Shown here: positions 1-12,425 of the stretch, piece by piece
Layout: every line of letters starts with the position of its first letter
How positions within the stretch are numbered: the stretch's first letter is position 1
From: Eledone cirrhosa
Lineage: Eukaryota
Assembly (NCBI GenBank): GCA_964016885.1
Contig: OZ024741.1
Location: 179,924,001 to 179,988,000 of the forward strand
Direction of reading: 5' to 3'
Length of the DNA stretch: 64,000 nucleotides
Translations under genes and position numbers: made by a program
Notes under the pieces: generated by a model
The model's database searches: none
What the model was told of the DNA's origin: nothing
Seen by the model: only the letters and a program-made list of their open reading frames with translations

Positions 1-165
1 CTGAATACTCAGCAGAAAATGAGTACCGGTAATAGTTGGTGATTTAACCTGCGATGGACTGGCGTCCTGTCCAGGGGGCAGTCTTGTACTCTTATTCGCT
101 TCACGGAAACCATCAAGCGCCCGCTTGATAAGCCTCAGAGCTCGAGACATACTTTAGACTTAGCA
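1..165 (+). mobile_element. 3' part of a SINE-like interspersed repeat
   Basis: Contains gcgatggactggcgtcctgtccagggg, resembling conserved central domains of metazoan SINEs, and ends in a short (actttag)-like tail. Recognised from memory, not by search. Confidence 0.4.
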
Positions 166-279
166 ATCATAAGGTTCCAGTTTCAATCTCACTGCATGGC
201 ATCTTGGGCAAATGTCATTTACCAGAGCTTGAGTAAAATTGTGTTAACGGAAACTGTTTGGAAGGCCGTTGGTATGAAC

Positions 280-510
280 TGTACCTGCAATTCAAAGTGC
301 CAGCTTTGTTACACAGTGCTATGCTGAATCTTACCGAGAATTACATTACGGTTACACGTGACAATGGAATTCTCAACCAATTGCACGTTAAATTAACGTG
401 CAAGTATCTGAGCATTCCATGGACACGTATACCTTAAACGTAGTTCCCAGGGAAATTCAGCGTGATACAGTGTATGTAACAAGGCTGGCTCCTTTGAATT
501 ACAGACACAT
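280..510. repeat. ~230-bp imperfect palindrome (MITE/fold-back-like)
   Basis: Centre ttgcacgttaaattaacgtgcaa (381-403). The left arm (caattcaaagtgccagctttgttacaca...tggaattctca) is an imperfect reverse complement of the right arm (tgagcattccatgg...tgtaacaaggctggctcctttgaattaca). Confidence 0.7.
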
Positions 511-514
511 CCCA

Positions 515-630
515 TTTCCTCCAGTTGAGTGAACTAAAGCAACGTGAAATAAAGTGTCTTGCTCAAGGACATAATGCACTACTGAGATTCGAACTTGAGC
601 CGAACACTCCAACCACCCCAATCACTAAGA
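515..630 (-). mobile_element. tRNA-derived SINE head fragment
   Basis: Reverse complement gives gttcgaatc (B box)...tgtccttgagcaagacactttatttcacgttgct, matching the SINE at 61620-61940. Confidence 0.65.
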
Positions 631-699
631 CACACATCTTCATCACATAAACATACCTTCACAACATACACATACTTCCACAACACACACACCACATAT

Positions 700-923
<224 letters not shown>

Positions 924-1390
924 AGAACCTCCAATGATTCTATCATAATACTGAGATTTAGAATTAAAATTGCCCATAAGTTGAATAAAACTCCTATTAA
1001 AAAGCAATAAAAATGGGAAAATACATCTGCCTCAGTCTCTTTTAAACCTTTCAAGATGGAAAGAAACAATATAATTCTATTTAAGAAAATTTATATTATA
1101 TATAATTACTGAGTCAACGTCAACGATGAAGGCTTTAAGTGGTCGTACGATCTGTTAGAAATAACAGCCAGATTTCCTTTTATTTTTCCTCCTTTCGAGA
1201 TCTATAAATAAACTACCAGTCTAGTATTGGGTTCGATCTTTTCTTTTTGTCTCTTATTTTCTGGTGGAAAATATCGACCGTGTCCCGACCTAGGGTGGGT
1301 TACGGCAGGTTTTAAATGTTCGAGATACACTCTCTGCAGAAACTCTAATCCAAATCCAAACCGCAATGCTATAACTCCATTATTAGTTAA

Positions 1391-1583
1391 CCCTTTAGCA
1401 TTTAAACCAGCTGTATCCGGGCAGAATTCTGTCAGCTCATTTTCTATAAACTGGCCATAACTGGCCACACATGTTGATGTTAAGGTATTGTTCTCAAAAT
1501 CTCATAGATTCGATATTATGTGAGATAAAGACTTTACCATGAAAATACAATAGTATATATATACTAATGTAAATGCTAAAGGG
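1391..1583. mobile_element. piggyBac-type MITE
   Basis: 14-bp perfect TIRs ccctttagcattta (1391-1404) and taaatgctaaaggg (1570-1583), flanked by TTAA on both sides (1387-1390, 1584-1587). CCC...GGG termini. Confidence 0.85.
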
Positions 1584-1863
1584 TTAAAGACTCTTTGCCT
1601 TTATTTATTAGGGATGCTATCCGTCATATGATGGACGGGTAATGAAAGGTACCTACTTTTACCACTGTAGGTAATATCAGGTAATATTACAGACGTTCCT
1701 AAGCATAATTTTACCTTCTGTGTTTTTATTTATTCAAATTTAATAATGCATATACAAGATAATGAAATGAATACTAAATTTTAAAATAAAAATAGTTATG
1801 AAATAAAAAAAAAAGATTAATTAAAACAAATTTCCCATTTATATATTTGAAATAAATAGTTAA

Positions 1864-1876
1864 ACTACTACTAGTG

Positions 1877-1927
<51 letters not shown>

Positions 1928-3935
1928 ATGATTGTTTCATTTATTGGCCACAAGGGCCGACATACAGAGGACAATACAATAGACAGGGACAGTGAAGGTT
2001 TACATATATAACGTGTAAAAATATAAATAACAATAAGAAAACAAGAAAAATACAAAAATGAGAATTCCCCAATAGGGGGGATAACCACATAGGGTTGACT
2101 CAGCTACCCCACCAATCCTGAACCATCCGACGATTCGAGGGCACCCCTCTCCTCCTCAAACCAGCTTACAGGCGCATGATCAGAGTAGTCCCACTCACAC
2201 AGGCCATTCTCGCCACATTCACCCACCTTTTAGCAAGTGTACTGGTGTGGGGAAGCACTTCGCTCTCCACTCTCACCTTCCTTTCCAGGTGAAACTTGAA
2301 GAAGTTGATGAGGGATTGGCCGAAGAGAAAAGTGTCTGTCTTCATTCCTTTCAACCTGCTCCACCATACAGCCTCTTTCGCTACTGTCACCAGTAAGAGC
2401 CAAAAGAAGGCGGCGGGTCGATCTTCACTATGGACTTGGCCGATAGCCGGATCCGTTCTATACGCGACAACAGCTGTTGTCAGTAATGCACGGACGATGG
2501 ACGAGTGCGTGCAGAACGGTTTCGTCGCCGTGTGCGCATCTCGGGCAGATCCATCTGACAGCACTTCTGTGCCTGTAGAGTTTATCTCGAACCGGAAGTG
2601 CCCCCTCCCCCCGGTAGCACTGCCAAGAGAGCGATTTATGGAAGTTATCCATCGTACCCGACTCGAAGGTTCTCCGGAACAACCACTAATCCTCTATATA
2701 ACTCGCCAACCACTAATCCTCTATATAACTCGGGAGTGGAAGTTCTACTGACCGCATTGCCCGCCTGGTAGAGGGCAGTGAATGCCTGGCAACATTCTTG
2801 ATGCCAGGCACCCAGTCTCGGTCTCTTCTTGACCCAGAACATCTTCTTGACCCAGCACAGCAGCTCAGTCAAAGAGACGAGCTGCGCAAAGGCCCGCCTG
2901 ACAAACGGTGACCACACCTGCTCACCGTTTAGGCAGAATATCTGGAGATGCCGTAGCCTCAGCGCATCATTAGCCACGAAATACTCAGCCCTCTGCGTAG
3001 AGGGTGCTGGTAGCAGATGGACCGTCTCACCAATGGAAACTGTCCTCTCCACAAGAAGTTGAAGAGGAGCCGTTCCAATTTGGCGAGGCGCTAATGGGGT
3101 CAAGGCGCGACGGTCAGGCGGAAGTAGATGACGGACGCGATGTACGCGTTCGCCACCCCGACCCGTTTTTTTCAGGGACAGCTTCCTCTCGGCTCATTTT
3201 TGGGTGGTGGACTTTCCTCTCCAGGTGCCGAGTTGCAAACCCACCGACTTATCCGGGTTAAGTTTCGTTTCCGTCAACCTTTCATATTCTTCCAATAAGG
3301 TGGCGACCACCTCGAATTCAGAGGTGTCCGACACCATCACGGTGATGCCGTGCTCATAAACTGACACAGCCTTTCCGCGTCCCGGTTCAAGTGGGATGCC
3401 CTGCAACACCTCCAGCTTCCGCAACAAAGCCTCGAGAGTCAATACGTACAGAAGTGAGGAGAGAGGGCACCCTTGACGGACCGATCGGGAGATCTGAAAC
3501 GGTTCCGAAAGGTGGCCATTAACTTTGACCACCGAACATATGCCGCTGTGGATTGCAGCGATCCAGCCTCTGATGACGGGACCAAAGCCAGCTGCCTTGA
3601 GGACAGCCTCCAGGTATCGTTGGTCGACCCTATCAAAAGCTTTCGAGGGTAGGGTTTACACACTATCCTCTCTACAATGTATCACATGAGGTGGAGGTTG
3701 TCGTGTATGGACCTGGTCGGGATTGCGCAAGTTTGTGCCTTCCGAACCAAATCCCAGACGACAAACGCCAACTTCTTAGCTCACACCTTGACCAAAATCT
3801 TAAACTCTGTATTGAGCAGAATTATGAACCTGAAATTATCTAATGTGTCCCTCTTATTCCTGTCTTTCCTCATCAGCGTCACTACACCCCGGCTCACAAA
3901 ACTGGGAATACACTCATTCTGCTGCCAGATACAGT
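1864..3935 (-). mobile_element. 5'-truncated, degraded Tx1/L1-clade non-LTR retrotransposon with (TAG)n tail
   Basis: Fragmented minus-strand ORFs (RSVRQGCPLSSLLYVL; ALRLRHLQ; CPRC...ETVLHALVH) homologous to the 6859-9256 ORF. 3' UTR has aataaa followed by (tag)n at 1864-1927. Confidence 0.9.
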
Positions 3936-3960
3936 AGAACACTTCGAATAGATCGGAGAA

Positions 3961-4150
3961 ATAATAATTGTTTCTACTTTTGGCACAAGGCCAGCAATTA
4001 CCCAGTACATTACTGGTACTTTATTTTATCGACCCCCGTAAGGATGAAAGGAAAAGTTAACCTCGGCGGGATTTGAACTCAGAATGGCAAGGTCCGTAAC
4101 TCTGTGCGTCAAAGCATTGCGTCCGACCCTCTACCGATACTGCCAATCCA
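3961..4150 (-). mobile_element. ~190-bp tRNA-derived SINE (family A)
   Basis: Reverse complement has A-box-like tggcagtatcgg and B-box gagttcaaatcc. Near-identical copies at 22595, 22799 and 49350. Confidence 0.85.
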
Positions 4151-4284
4151 CAATACAATTTAGCTATAATTAATTACATATGTAACTTATTGACTGGCAC
4201 TCGACTTAATTGATTCCGACTGACAATTACTCGAATTTCGCCAATACTGGCTTGTCACCATTTGTGTGTGGTGTATGTGTACAT

Positions 4285-4285
4285 T

Positions 4286-4368
<83 letters not shown>

Positions 4369-4373
4369 ATCTC

Positions 4374-4422
<49 letters not shown>

Positions 4423-4445
4423 GTATATATATATATATATATACG
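4285..4445. repeat. (CTTT)n(CT)n(TA)n microsatellite
   Basis: Directly visible. Confidence 0.95.
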
Positions 4446-4499
4446 TATGTATGTTCACCTAGTTTTATAATTTCATAATTTTTTACCTATAGAGAGAGA

Positions 4500-5407
4500 G
4501 AGAGGGAGTTTCTAACATAGATTCAAAACTCTCTCATTGGAATTGACACATCAACTAGGTAGATATGTATGCATGTCTGCATGCACACATGTGTGTGTAG
4601 ATATGGATGTTAATGTATGTGTGGGTGTGTATGTTTTGAGTTATATGTGTGCATGTGCATATGCTTTATATCTGTACATGTGTACATGTAGTTATTAGAT
4701 GCAAATTTTTTGGAATGCTTTACGTATTTTTACTGTTCCATTAATGGATTGTACTTATAATTTCCTAACTAGTCGTGTTCTTTCTGTTTCTGTGAAGCCC
4801 AGCTTCTCAAGATTTGTACTGAGGCAGTTACTAACATATCCCAGTGCCCTATAATCACAGGCATAAATCTGAAGGTATAGTCAGGGTGGAGTATCTGTAG
4901 ATTTCTCATTAGTTCTGCATAGATATACTCCTTTTCACTCATTTTTAATATTATATTGGCATCTGCTAGGCAGCTAACTTCCACCACTGTGCATGCCTTT
5001 TTTCCCCCTGTCCCATATCATTGTATCTGGTCTGTTATGCCTGCATTTTATCAAGGGTTTTACTGGAACATTCCACCAGTACTCCTTCATATTATGTATG
5101 TGTGTCTTCCACATTGCTGTAACTTTTAATGTGTTTATCGTCGGGGCTAGCCTTTCTACGGATTGCATCGTACAGTGTTTTGGCCACTACATCATGGCTC
5201 ATAGGTAACATCTTTGGACACGTAATTATGGCATGGATGACATCTTCGATGTTAATTCTGCAGAGTCTGCACTTGTTGTCGCATCTAGGTGTTTTGCCTG
5301 CATCCCTATCTTGTGAATCAGGTATTTTGTGCTGATTTCCTGTTCTTGGATAGCAAAAGCATATCCTTCAAAGTGGGAGCCAATGTAGCGGTTGTTGATC
5401 CAAGATA

Positions 5408-5408
<1 letters not shown>
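4500..5408 (-). mobile_element. 3' fragment of an RLE-encoding non-LTR retrotransposon (R4/Dong-like), pseudogenised
   Basis: Minus strand encodes a CCHC knuckle (KCRLCRINIEDVIHAIITCPKM) then HNRPD...VEVSC...K.Y.EL...PVIIG, the typical restriction-like endonuclease domain. Frameshifted. Confidence 0.75.
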
Positions 5409-5411
<3 letters not shown>

Positions 5412-5440
<29 letters not shown>

Positions 5441-5780
5441 TGTATGTATGTATGTATGTATGTATGTATGTGAGTGAATGACCCCTAGCCTTTTTCAGGG
5501 CATTCTTCTAGGAGAAGGCAACTCAGGAAACTGGGATAACTCCGATATAAAACCTGCGGCTCAGTAGTTACCGATAATGTTGATCTTTTCTTCTTTTCGG
5601 GTTCTAGCTACTGTCGCTCAGAGAGTGGGTTTGGCTCAGTGCACAGTATTTCCTCCCTTTAAAAAATATCTTCACGCACAGGCATTGCACGATAGTATTA
5701 ATTAATAATTATTAATAATGGTATATCGTGCAATGGCCATACTCGATAACGAGGGGGCAGCCACCATGTATGTATGTATG

Positions 5781-5814
<34 letters not shown>

Positions 5815-6519
5815 TGTATGTATGTATGTATGTATGTATGTATGTATGTATGTATGTATGTATGTATGTATGTATGTATGTATGTATGCTGCTGCAGTTG
5901 GTGCTACTGGTAACATGTATCCCAGTACAACCTGTCTCATGGTCGGGTCGTTGGCGACTAAACTGGCAACCCCACCAAGGTTTCTTGGTGAGGAGGGTGG
6001 CTTTGGACATCCTGCAGGACTAAAAACAAAACCTGTCAAAAGGCAAAGGGGCTCTTAAGAGTCAATATCCATCCAAAATCACCGGGAGAGATGACCCCTT
6101 AGCCTTTGTCAAGGCAGAATTCTAGGAGAAGGAAAACTCTGATATAACACCTGCAACCCTGATGGTATCCAATGATGTTGAATTGTTCTTCTTTTTGGTA
6201 AATATCATCTTGGTTAAGAGAGTGGGACTGGCTTTGTGCAGTGCCTTTGCTCACTATAAAAGCTTCACGGCACAGGCATTACTTTATATCTGGAGATCTC
6301 TCTGCACTTGTCGTCACATGGTACCATGGGCCCAGCACTATGTGTCAATAATTGTCACAGGTGTAGTGTTTGTACCAGAGTTTTCAAGTCGCTGGCTGGA
6401 CTAAAAAGTCACACTCGTTCAGCGCACTGGTAGGGGTTCTCCTACATGGATATAGAGTAGTGGCCGTACTCGAAAACGAGTTGGCAGCCACCATGTATGT
6501 ATGTATGTATGTATGCATG

Positions 6520-6520
<1 letters not shown>
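5412..6520 (+). mobile_element. two related non-autonomous RTE-like/SINE units, each ending in (TATG)n
   Basis: 5475-5700 and 6090-6285 are homologous (tgacccc(t)tagcct...ttctaggagaagg...aactc..gatata). Both units end with tggcc.tactcga.aacgag..ggcagccaccatg followed by (tatg)n. Confidence 0.6.
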
Positions 6521-6615
<95 letters not shown>

Positions 6616-6758
6616 GTGTGTATGTGTGCTTACTACAAGTGTAAGGCAGACCCTTACTCTAGTAGTAAGAAATAGAATAAACATTTATCCTGAACAAAAA
6701 TTGCTCGTTTTACTTCAATCGAGCTGATATGGGAACTTTTTGTTATTAAATATATCTA

Positions 6759-6840
<82 letters not shown>

Positions 6841-9582
6841 CGATCCACTATCCGGTCTTTGCGAGACCAGGATGGACGGGTGATCCTTGAACCTAAGCAG
6901 ATGTGCGAGGCTTTTCAAAAGCACTTTGCCGGATTGTTCGGAAGGGGCGGGGAGCCGGTTGGGGATGTGGACTTCGGTCCATACCTCGACGGCCTGCCGC
7001 GTCTCTCGGACAGGGAGGCGAAGTCCTGCGAAGAGCCGATTTCAGCCGCTGAGATAGAGGACGTGCTGAGCCAATGCGGCAAACGCAAATCCCCGGGTCT
7101 CGATGGTCTTCCATACAAACTATATCTAGCTATGCCGGACTTGTTCCCCGATCTCCTCGAGGCGGTCTACTGCAACTGGCAACAGAACGGGAGAATTCCC
7201 TGTGCTGTGACCAAGGGCGTAGTCACGCTAGTGAGGAAGGACGAGAACAAGGGGGACGATATAAATAATTTCAGGCCCATAACTCTGCTAAATACAGAGT
7301 TACAGATTTTGGCCAAGGTGCTAGCAAAGAGGTTGGCGCTTGTCGTGGGTAACTTAGTGGGAGATGCGCAGACATTTGCTATCCCGTCCAGGTCCATCCA
7401 CAACAACCTCCACCTCATGCGATACATCATAGAGAGGGTTGGGAACGAACCCGGCTTTGGTGGGGCCCTGATCAACTTGGATCAATCTAAGGCATTCGAT
7501 AGGGTCGACCATGGTTACCTGGATGCGGTGCTAGCGGCGGCAGGCTTCGGACCCGTTTTCAGGGGCTGGATCAATGCCATGCACAGCAGCCGCATCTGCT
7601 CTAGGGTCAAGGTGAACGGCTACCTCTCGGAGCCGTTCGAAATCGCGCGGTCCATCCGACAGGGGTTCCCTCTCTCCTCCCTTCTGTATGTAATGACTCT
7701 AGAGCAACTGCTGCGGAAGTTGGAGTTCTTGCAGGGCATCCCGTTGGAACCGGGATTGCGGAAAGCGGTGTCAGCCTACACCGATGACGTAACAGTAATG
7801 GTGTCGACGGCCTCGGAAATCGGGGCGATCGGCACCTTACTGGAGGAGTACGAAAGGTTTACAGGGGCTAAGCTGAACCGGGACAAGTCGATCGGTCTGC
7901 AACTCGGCACGTGGAGGGGCAGATCTGTGCCCTCCGATGGCGTCGTCGGGCGCTGGACGGAGGGCCCGGTGAAGTTGCTCGGGGTCTGGTTCGGACCAGA
8001 CCTCCAGGTGGAGAAGAACTGGGGTGAGGTAACGAACAGGGTGTTTGCACTGACCCAGAAGTGGGTCGAGTGCAAACTGTCCCTGAAAGGTCGGGCGGAG
8101 GTGACGAACACTTATATAGCGTCCGTCATCTACTACCGCCTGACCGTCGTGCCTTGCCCAAGGGAAACGCTCGCCAAAATGGAGCGCGCACTCTTCCAAT
8201 TCCTTTGGAAGAAGCGGGCTCCTATGGTGAGGAGATCCATCTGCTGTCAACACCCTTCGAAAGGCGGGCTGGGGATGCCGTGGCTAATGATACGTAAACA
8301 CGCATTAAGGCTACGGCACCTTCAGGTATTCCTATCGGGTCAACCGGTGTGGGCCCCGTTTGTGAGGCGAGCCTTTCACAGACTCGTCTCACTCACCGAG
8401 CTGCAATCCTGGATCAAGCAAAGACCGAGAAAACTGGGCGCCTGGCACACCGAGTGTGCCCAGGCGCTCACGGCTCTCTGGCAGGCGGACCCGGCTGTAA
8501 GTGGAGAATCCACCTCGTCATTCTATAGAGGGCTGGTGGTTAGCAGGTGCGACGACACCCTCGGAGAAGCCCTAGGCATGGAGGAAGACGAACTGGCCAA
8601 CCTGTTCGGTAGGACATTCAGCCCGGGACCTAATGGGTAACTTCCAGAGGTTCCTGGCCTGGCAATGCTACAGAAGGGCTCTGCCCGTTCGAGAAAGGCT
8701 CTACAGACACGAGCGCCCGGGTAGGGACCCCTCGAAAAAGATCTGTCCGAGATGCGTGTGCGACGAGGAAACCGTTTCACACGCATTGGTACACTGCTCG
8801 GACATTGCCGATCTGTGGGGCTATGTCGAACAACTGCTGTCAAGGGTGGGACCGATCCGGTTGACCACCCAGTCTATTGTAACGATCAAGCCGCCTCCCC
8901 TCTTCAAAAACGAAGAAGAGGCGGTGTTTCTGTGCGTAATAGCCATGGCGAAAGAGGTTGTATGGTGGACGCGTCTGAAAGGACTGAGGTCAGACATCTT
9001 TCTCTCTGGCCAACAACTGGTCCGTTTCTTCCGATATCATTTCGGAAGAAGGATCAGGATGGAGAGAGATGTGCTGCACCCCAGCCGTTTTTATGAAAGT
9101 GGCGAGAATGGCCCGTGTGAATGGGCCTTCACTCTACATCAGACTATAGGTGAGGAAGATGAAAGACCAAGGAAGCACCCCTTCTCTTGCACACTTTTTT
9201 TCGGGGGTGTGTGCGACCCCCAAGGCGCCTCCTCTCTATTGAGGATTTTGTTATAAATTTTATTCTGTTATATTTTATTTTATTTTTATATTTTGTTATT
9301 GCCTCCTCCTTATTGAGGACGCCTTGTTTTGTAAACTCCCCCCATTGTACTTGTCCCACTTTTGATGCCCTGGTGGCAAATAAAAGAAACATATCTATCT
9401 ATCTATCTTTTGTTATAAATTTTATTTTTTGTTATATCTTATTTTATTTTTATATTTTGTTATTGCCTCCTCCTTATTGAGGACGCCTTTTTGTGTAAAC
9501 TCCCCCCTTTGTACTTGTCCCACTTTTGATGCCCTAGTGGCAAATAAAAGAAACATATCTATCTATCTATCTATCTATCTAT
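6841..9582 (+). mobile_element. 5'-truncated Tx1/L1-clade non-LTR retrotransposon inserted in (TCTA)n
   Basis: RT ORF, 3' UTR with aataaa, (tcta)n on both flanks (6755-6840 and 9558-9582). The 3' UTR is tandemly duplicated. Confidence 0.92.
6859..9256 (+). pseudogene. ORF2 reverse transcriptase plus C-terminal zinc knuckle; endonuclease missing; frameshift near 8635
   Basis: Motifs KSPGLDG, FRPITLLN, LDQSKAFDRV, RQGFPLS, AYTDD, KLLGVWF, GGLG; downstream frame has CPRC...EETVSHALVHC. Confidence 0.92.
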
Positions 9583-9604
9583 GTCTATTATATATATATA
9601 TATA

Positions 9605-11614
9605 AATATAGACATAGAATATTCGAAAATATTCTGTATGTTTATAATAAACATTTTGAAGACCTAATCGCTATAGAATAGAATACGTCACGTATTACAA
9701 TTAGATTCTCGATAAAAGCAAGGGAAGTAATCTACGCGTTTCATTCTTGTTAGAAATCTTCAGGACTACATATCCAGTGCTTTTATCGAGAATGACACAG
9801 CTAGAGACTTATAGAATACTTAGCTGTGTACAGGAACTGGTTTGAAAGAGCGGTTGCCGGTCCGGCAGAAATTAGAAATTGGAATAAATGCTCTGAAATA
9901 GCGATATATATGTGAATATAGACATAGAATATTCGAAAATATTCTGTATGTTTATAATAAACATTTTGAAGACCTAATCGCTATAGAATAGAATACGTCA
10001 CGTATTACAATTAGATTCTCGATAAAAGCAAGGGAAGTAATCTACGCGTTTCATTCTTGTTAGAAATCTTCAGGACTACATATCCAGTGCTTTTATCGAG
10101 AATGACACAGCTAGAGACTTATAGAATACTTAGCTGTGTACAGGAACTGGTTTGAAAGAGCGGTTGCCGGTCCGGCAGAAATTAGAAATTGGAATAAATG
10201 CTCTGAAATAGCGATATATATGTGAATATAGACATAGAATATTCGAAAATATTCTGTATGTTTATAATAAACATTTTGAAGACCTAATCGCTATAGAATA
10301 GAATACGTCACGTATTACAATTAGATTCTCGATAAAAGCAAGGGAAGTAATCTACGCGTTTCATTCTTGTTAGAAATCTTCAGGACTACATATCCAGTGC
10401 TTTTATCGAAAATGACACAGCTAGAGACTTAAGTATTCTATAAGTCTCTAGCTGTGTCATTCTCGATAAAAGCACTGGATATGTAGTCCTGAAGATTTCT
10501 AACAAGAATGAAACGCGTAGATTACTTCCCTTGCTTTTATCGAGAATCTAATTGTAATACGTGACGTATTCTATTCTATAGCGATTAGGTCTTCAAAATG
10601 TTTATTATAAACATACAGAATATTTTCGAATATTCTATGTCTATATTCACATATATATCGCTATTTCAGAGCATTTATTCCAATTTCTAATTTCTGCCGG
10701 ACCGGCAACCGCTCTTTCAAACCAGTTCCTGTACACAGCTAAGTATTCTATAAGTCTCTAGCTGTGTCATTCTCGATAAAAGCACTGGATATGTAGTCCT
10801 GAAGATTTCTAACAAGAATGAAACGCGTAGATTACTTCCCTTGCTTTTATCGAGAATCTAATTGTAATACGTGACGTATTCTATTCTATAGCGATTAGGT
10901 CTTCAAAATGTTTATTATAAACATACAGAATATTTTCGAATATTCTATGTCTATATTCACATATATATCGCTATTTCAGAGCATTTATTCCAATTTCTAA
11001 TTTCTGCCGGACCGGCAACCGCTCTTTCAAACCAGTTCCTGTACACAGCTAAGTATTCTATAAGTCTCTAGCTGTGTCATTCTCGATAAAAGCACTGGAT
11101 ATGTAGTCCTGAAGATTTCTAACAAGAATGAAACGCGTAGATTACTTCCCTTGCTTTTATCGAGAATCTAATTGTAATACGTGACGTATTCTATTCTATA
11201 GCGATTAGGTCTTCAAAATGTTTATTATAAACATACAGAATATTTTCGAATATTCTATGTCTATATTCACATATATATCGCTATTTCAGAGCATTTATTC
11301 CAATTTCTAATTTCTGCCGGACCGGCAACCGCTCTTTCAAACCAGTTCCTGTACACAGCTAAGTATTCTATAAGTCTCTAGCTGTGTCATTCTCGATAAA
11401 AGCACTGGATATGTAGTCCTGAAGATTTCTAACAAGAATGAAACGCGTAGATTACTTCCCTTGCTTTTATCGAGAATCTAATTGTAATACGTGACGTATT
11501 CTATTCTATAGCGATTAGGTCTTCAAAATGTTTATTATAAACATACAGAATATTTTCGAATATTCTATGTCTATATTCACATATATATCGCTATTTCAGA
11601 GCATTTATTCCAAT
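9605..11614. mobile_element. head-to-head tandem array of a 310-nt hammerhead-containing monomer (retrozyme/Penelope pLTR-like)
   Basis: Period 310 (9607, 9917, 10227). Orientation flips at 10430/10431, then about 3.8 inverted copies follow. Copies are essentially identical and the array is flanked by (TA)n. Confidence 0.93.
10483..10525 (+). ncRNA. minimal type I hammerhead ribozyme (copies at 10793, 11103, 11413 on +; 9727-9769, 10037-10079, 10347-10389 on -)
   Basis: gtagtc-CTGAAGA-t-ttct-aaca-agaa-t-GAAA-cgc-GTA-gattac. Helix I gtagtc/gattac, helix II ttct/agaa, palindromic ACGCGT helix III, enclosed by a perfect 16-bp stem (10459-10474/10532-10547). Confidence 0.85.
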
Positions 11615-11621
11615 ATATATA

Positions 11622-11659
<38 letters not shown>

Positions 11660-11717
11660 CAGTATATATACGTGTGTGTGTGAGTGTGTGTAAAATCTAT
11701 CTATCTACCTATCTATC

Positions 11718-11759
<42 letters not shown>

Positions 11760-11837
11760 TATTATATATATACATATATATATATATTTGTGTGTGTGTG
11801 TGTGTGTATACACACATACTCACACACACCCAGACAT

Positions 11838-11877
<40 letters not shown>

Positions 11878-11912
11878 GTAATATATATGTAATATATATA
11901 TATATATATATA
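11615..11912. repeat. TA/GT/CA microsatellite cluster
   Basis: Directly visible. Confidence 0.95.
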
Positions 11913-12368
11913 CCTAACTATTTCGCTACTTTCTACTCTCACCCCTCTTTCTTCCTCTCCCTTTCTCTCTCTCCGTTCCTCCCTCGCCTGACCCTCTAGT
12001 AGTTCTTTTCTCACTTACAACTGCTGGGATCAGACGTGTGTCTTTTTTCTCTCGACCACTTTTTTCTCTCATCGTGTGGTTTTGGATTTTCTTACCTTAA
12101 GTTGCTCGCACGTTGCTTCGTTTGTTGTCTTTTTCACTGTTTTCTCTTTTCTTCTCTTTTGCTTTCCTTCCCTCCCTCCTCCGTTTTCCCAATAACTTAT
12201 CCAGTTATTGACGCCCCGGACGGTAGATATCTTGTCTTTAAAGCGTAGAAATATCCGCGACCCCAGTAGACAACTGATGAGGAACCCCCCCCCCCGTTCT
12301 TGCTTTCTTCTTATTCCCACTCCATTTTAAGATACCTTAAATAACAACTACACAGCCATTTCTATTCT

Positions 12369-12425
<57 letters not shown>

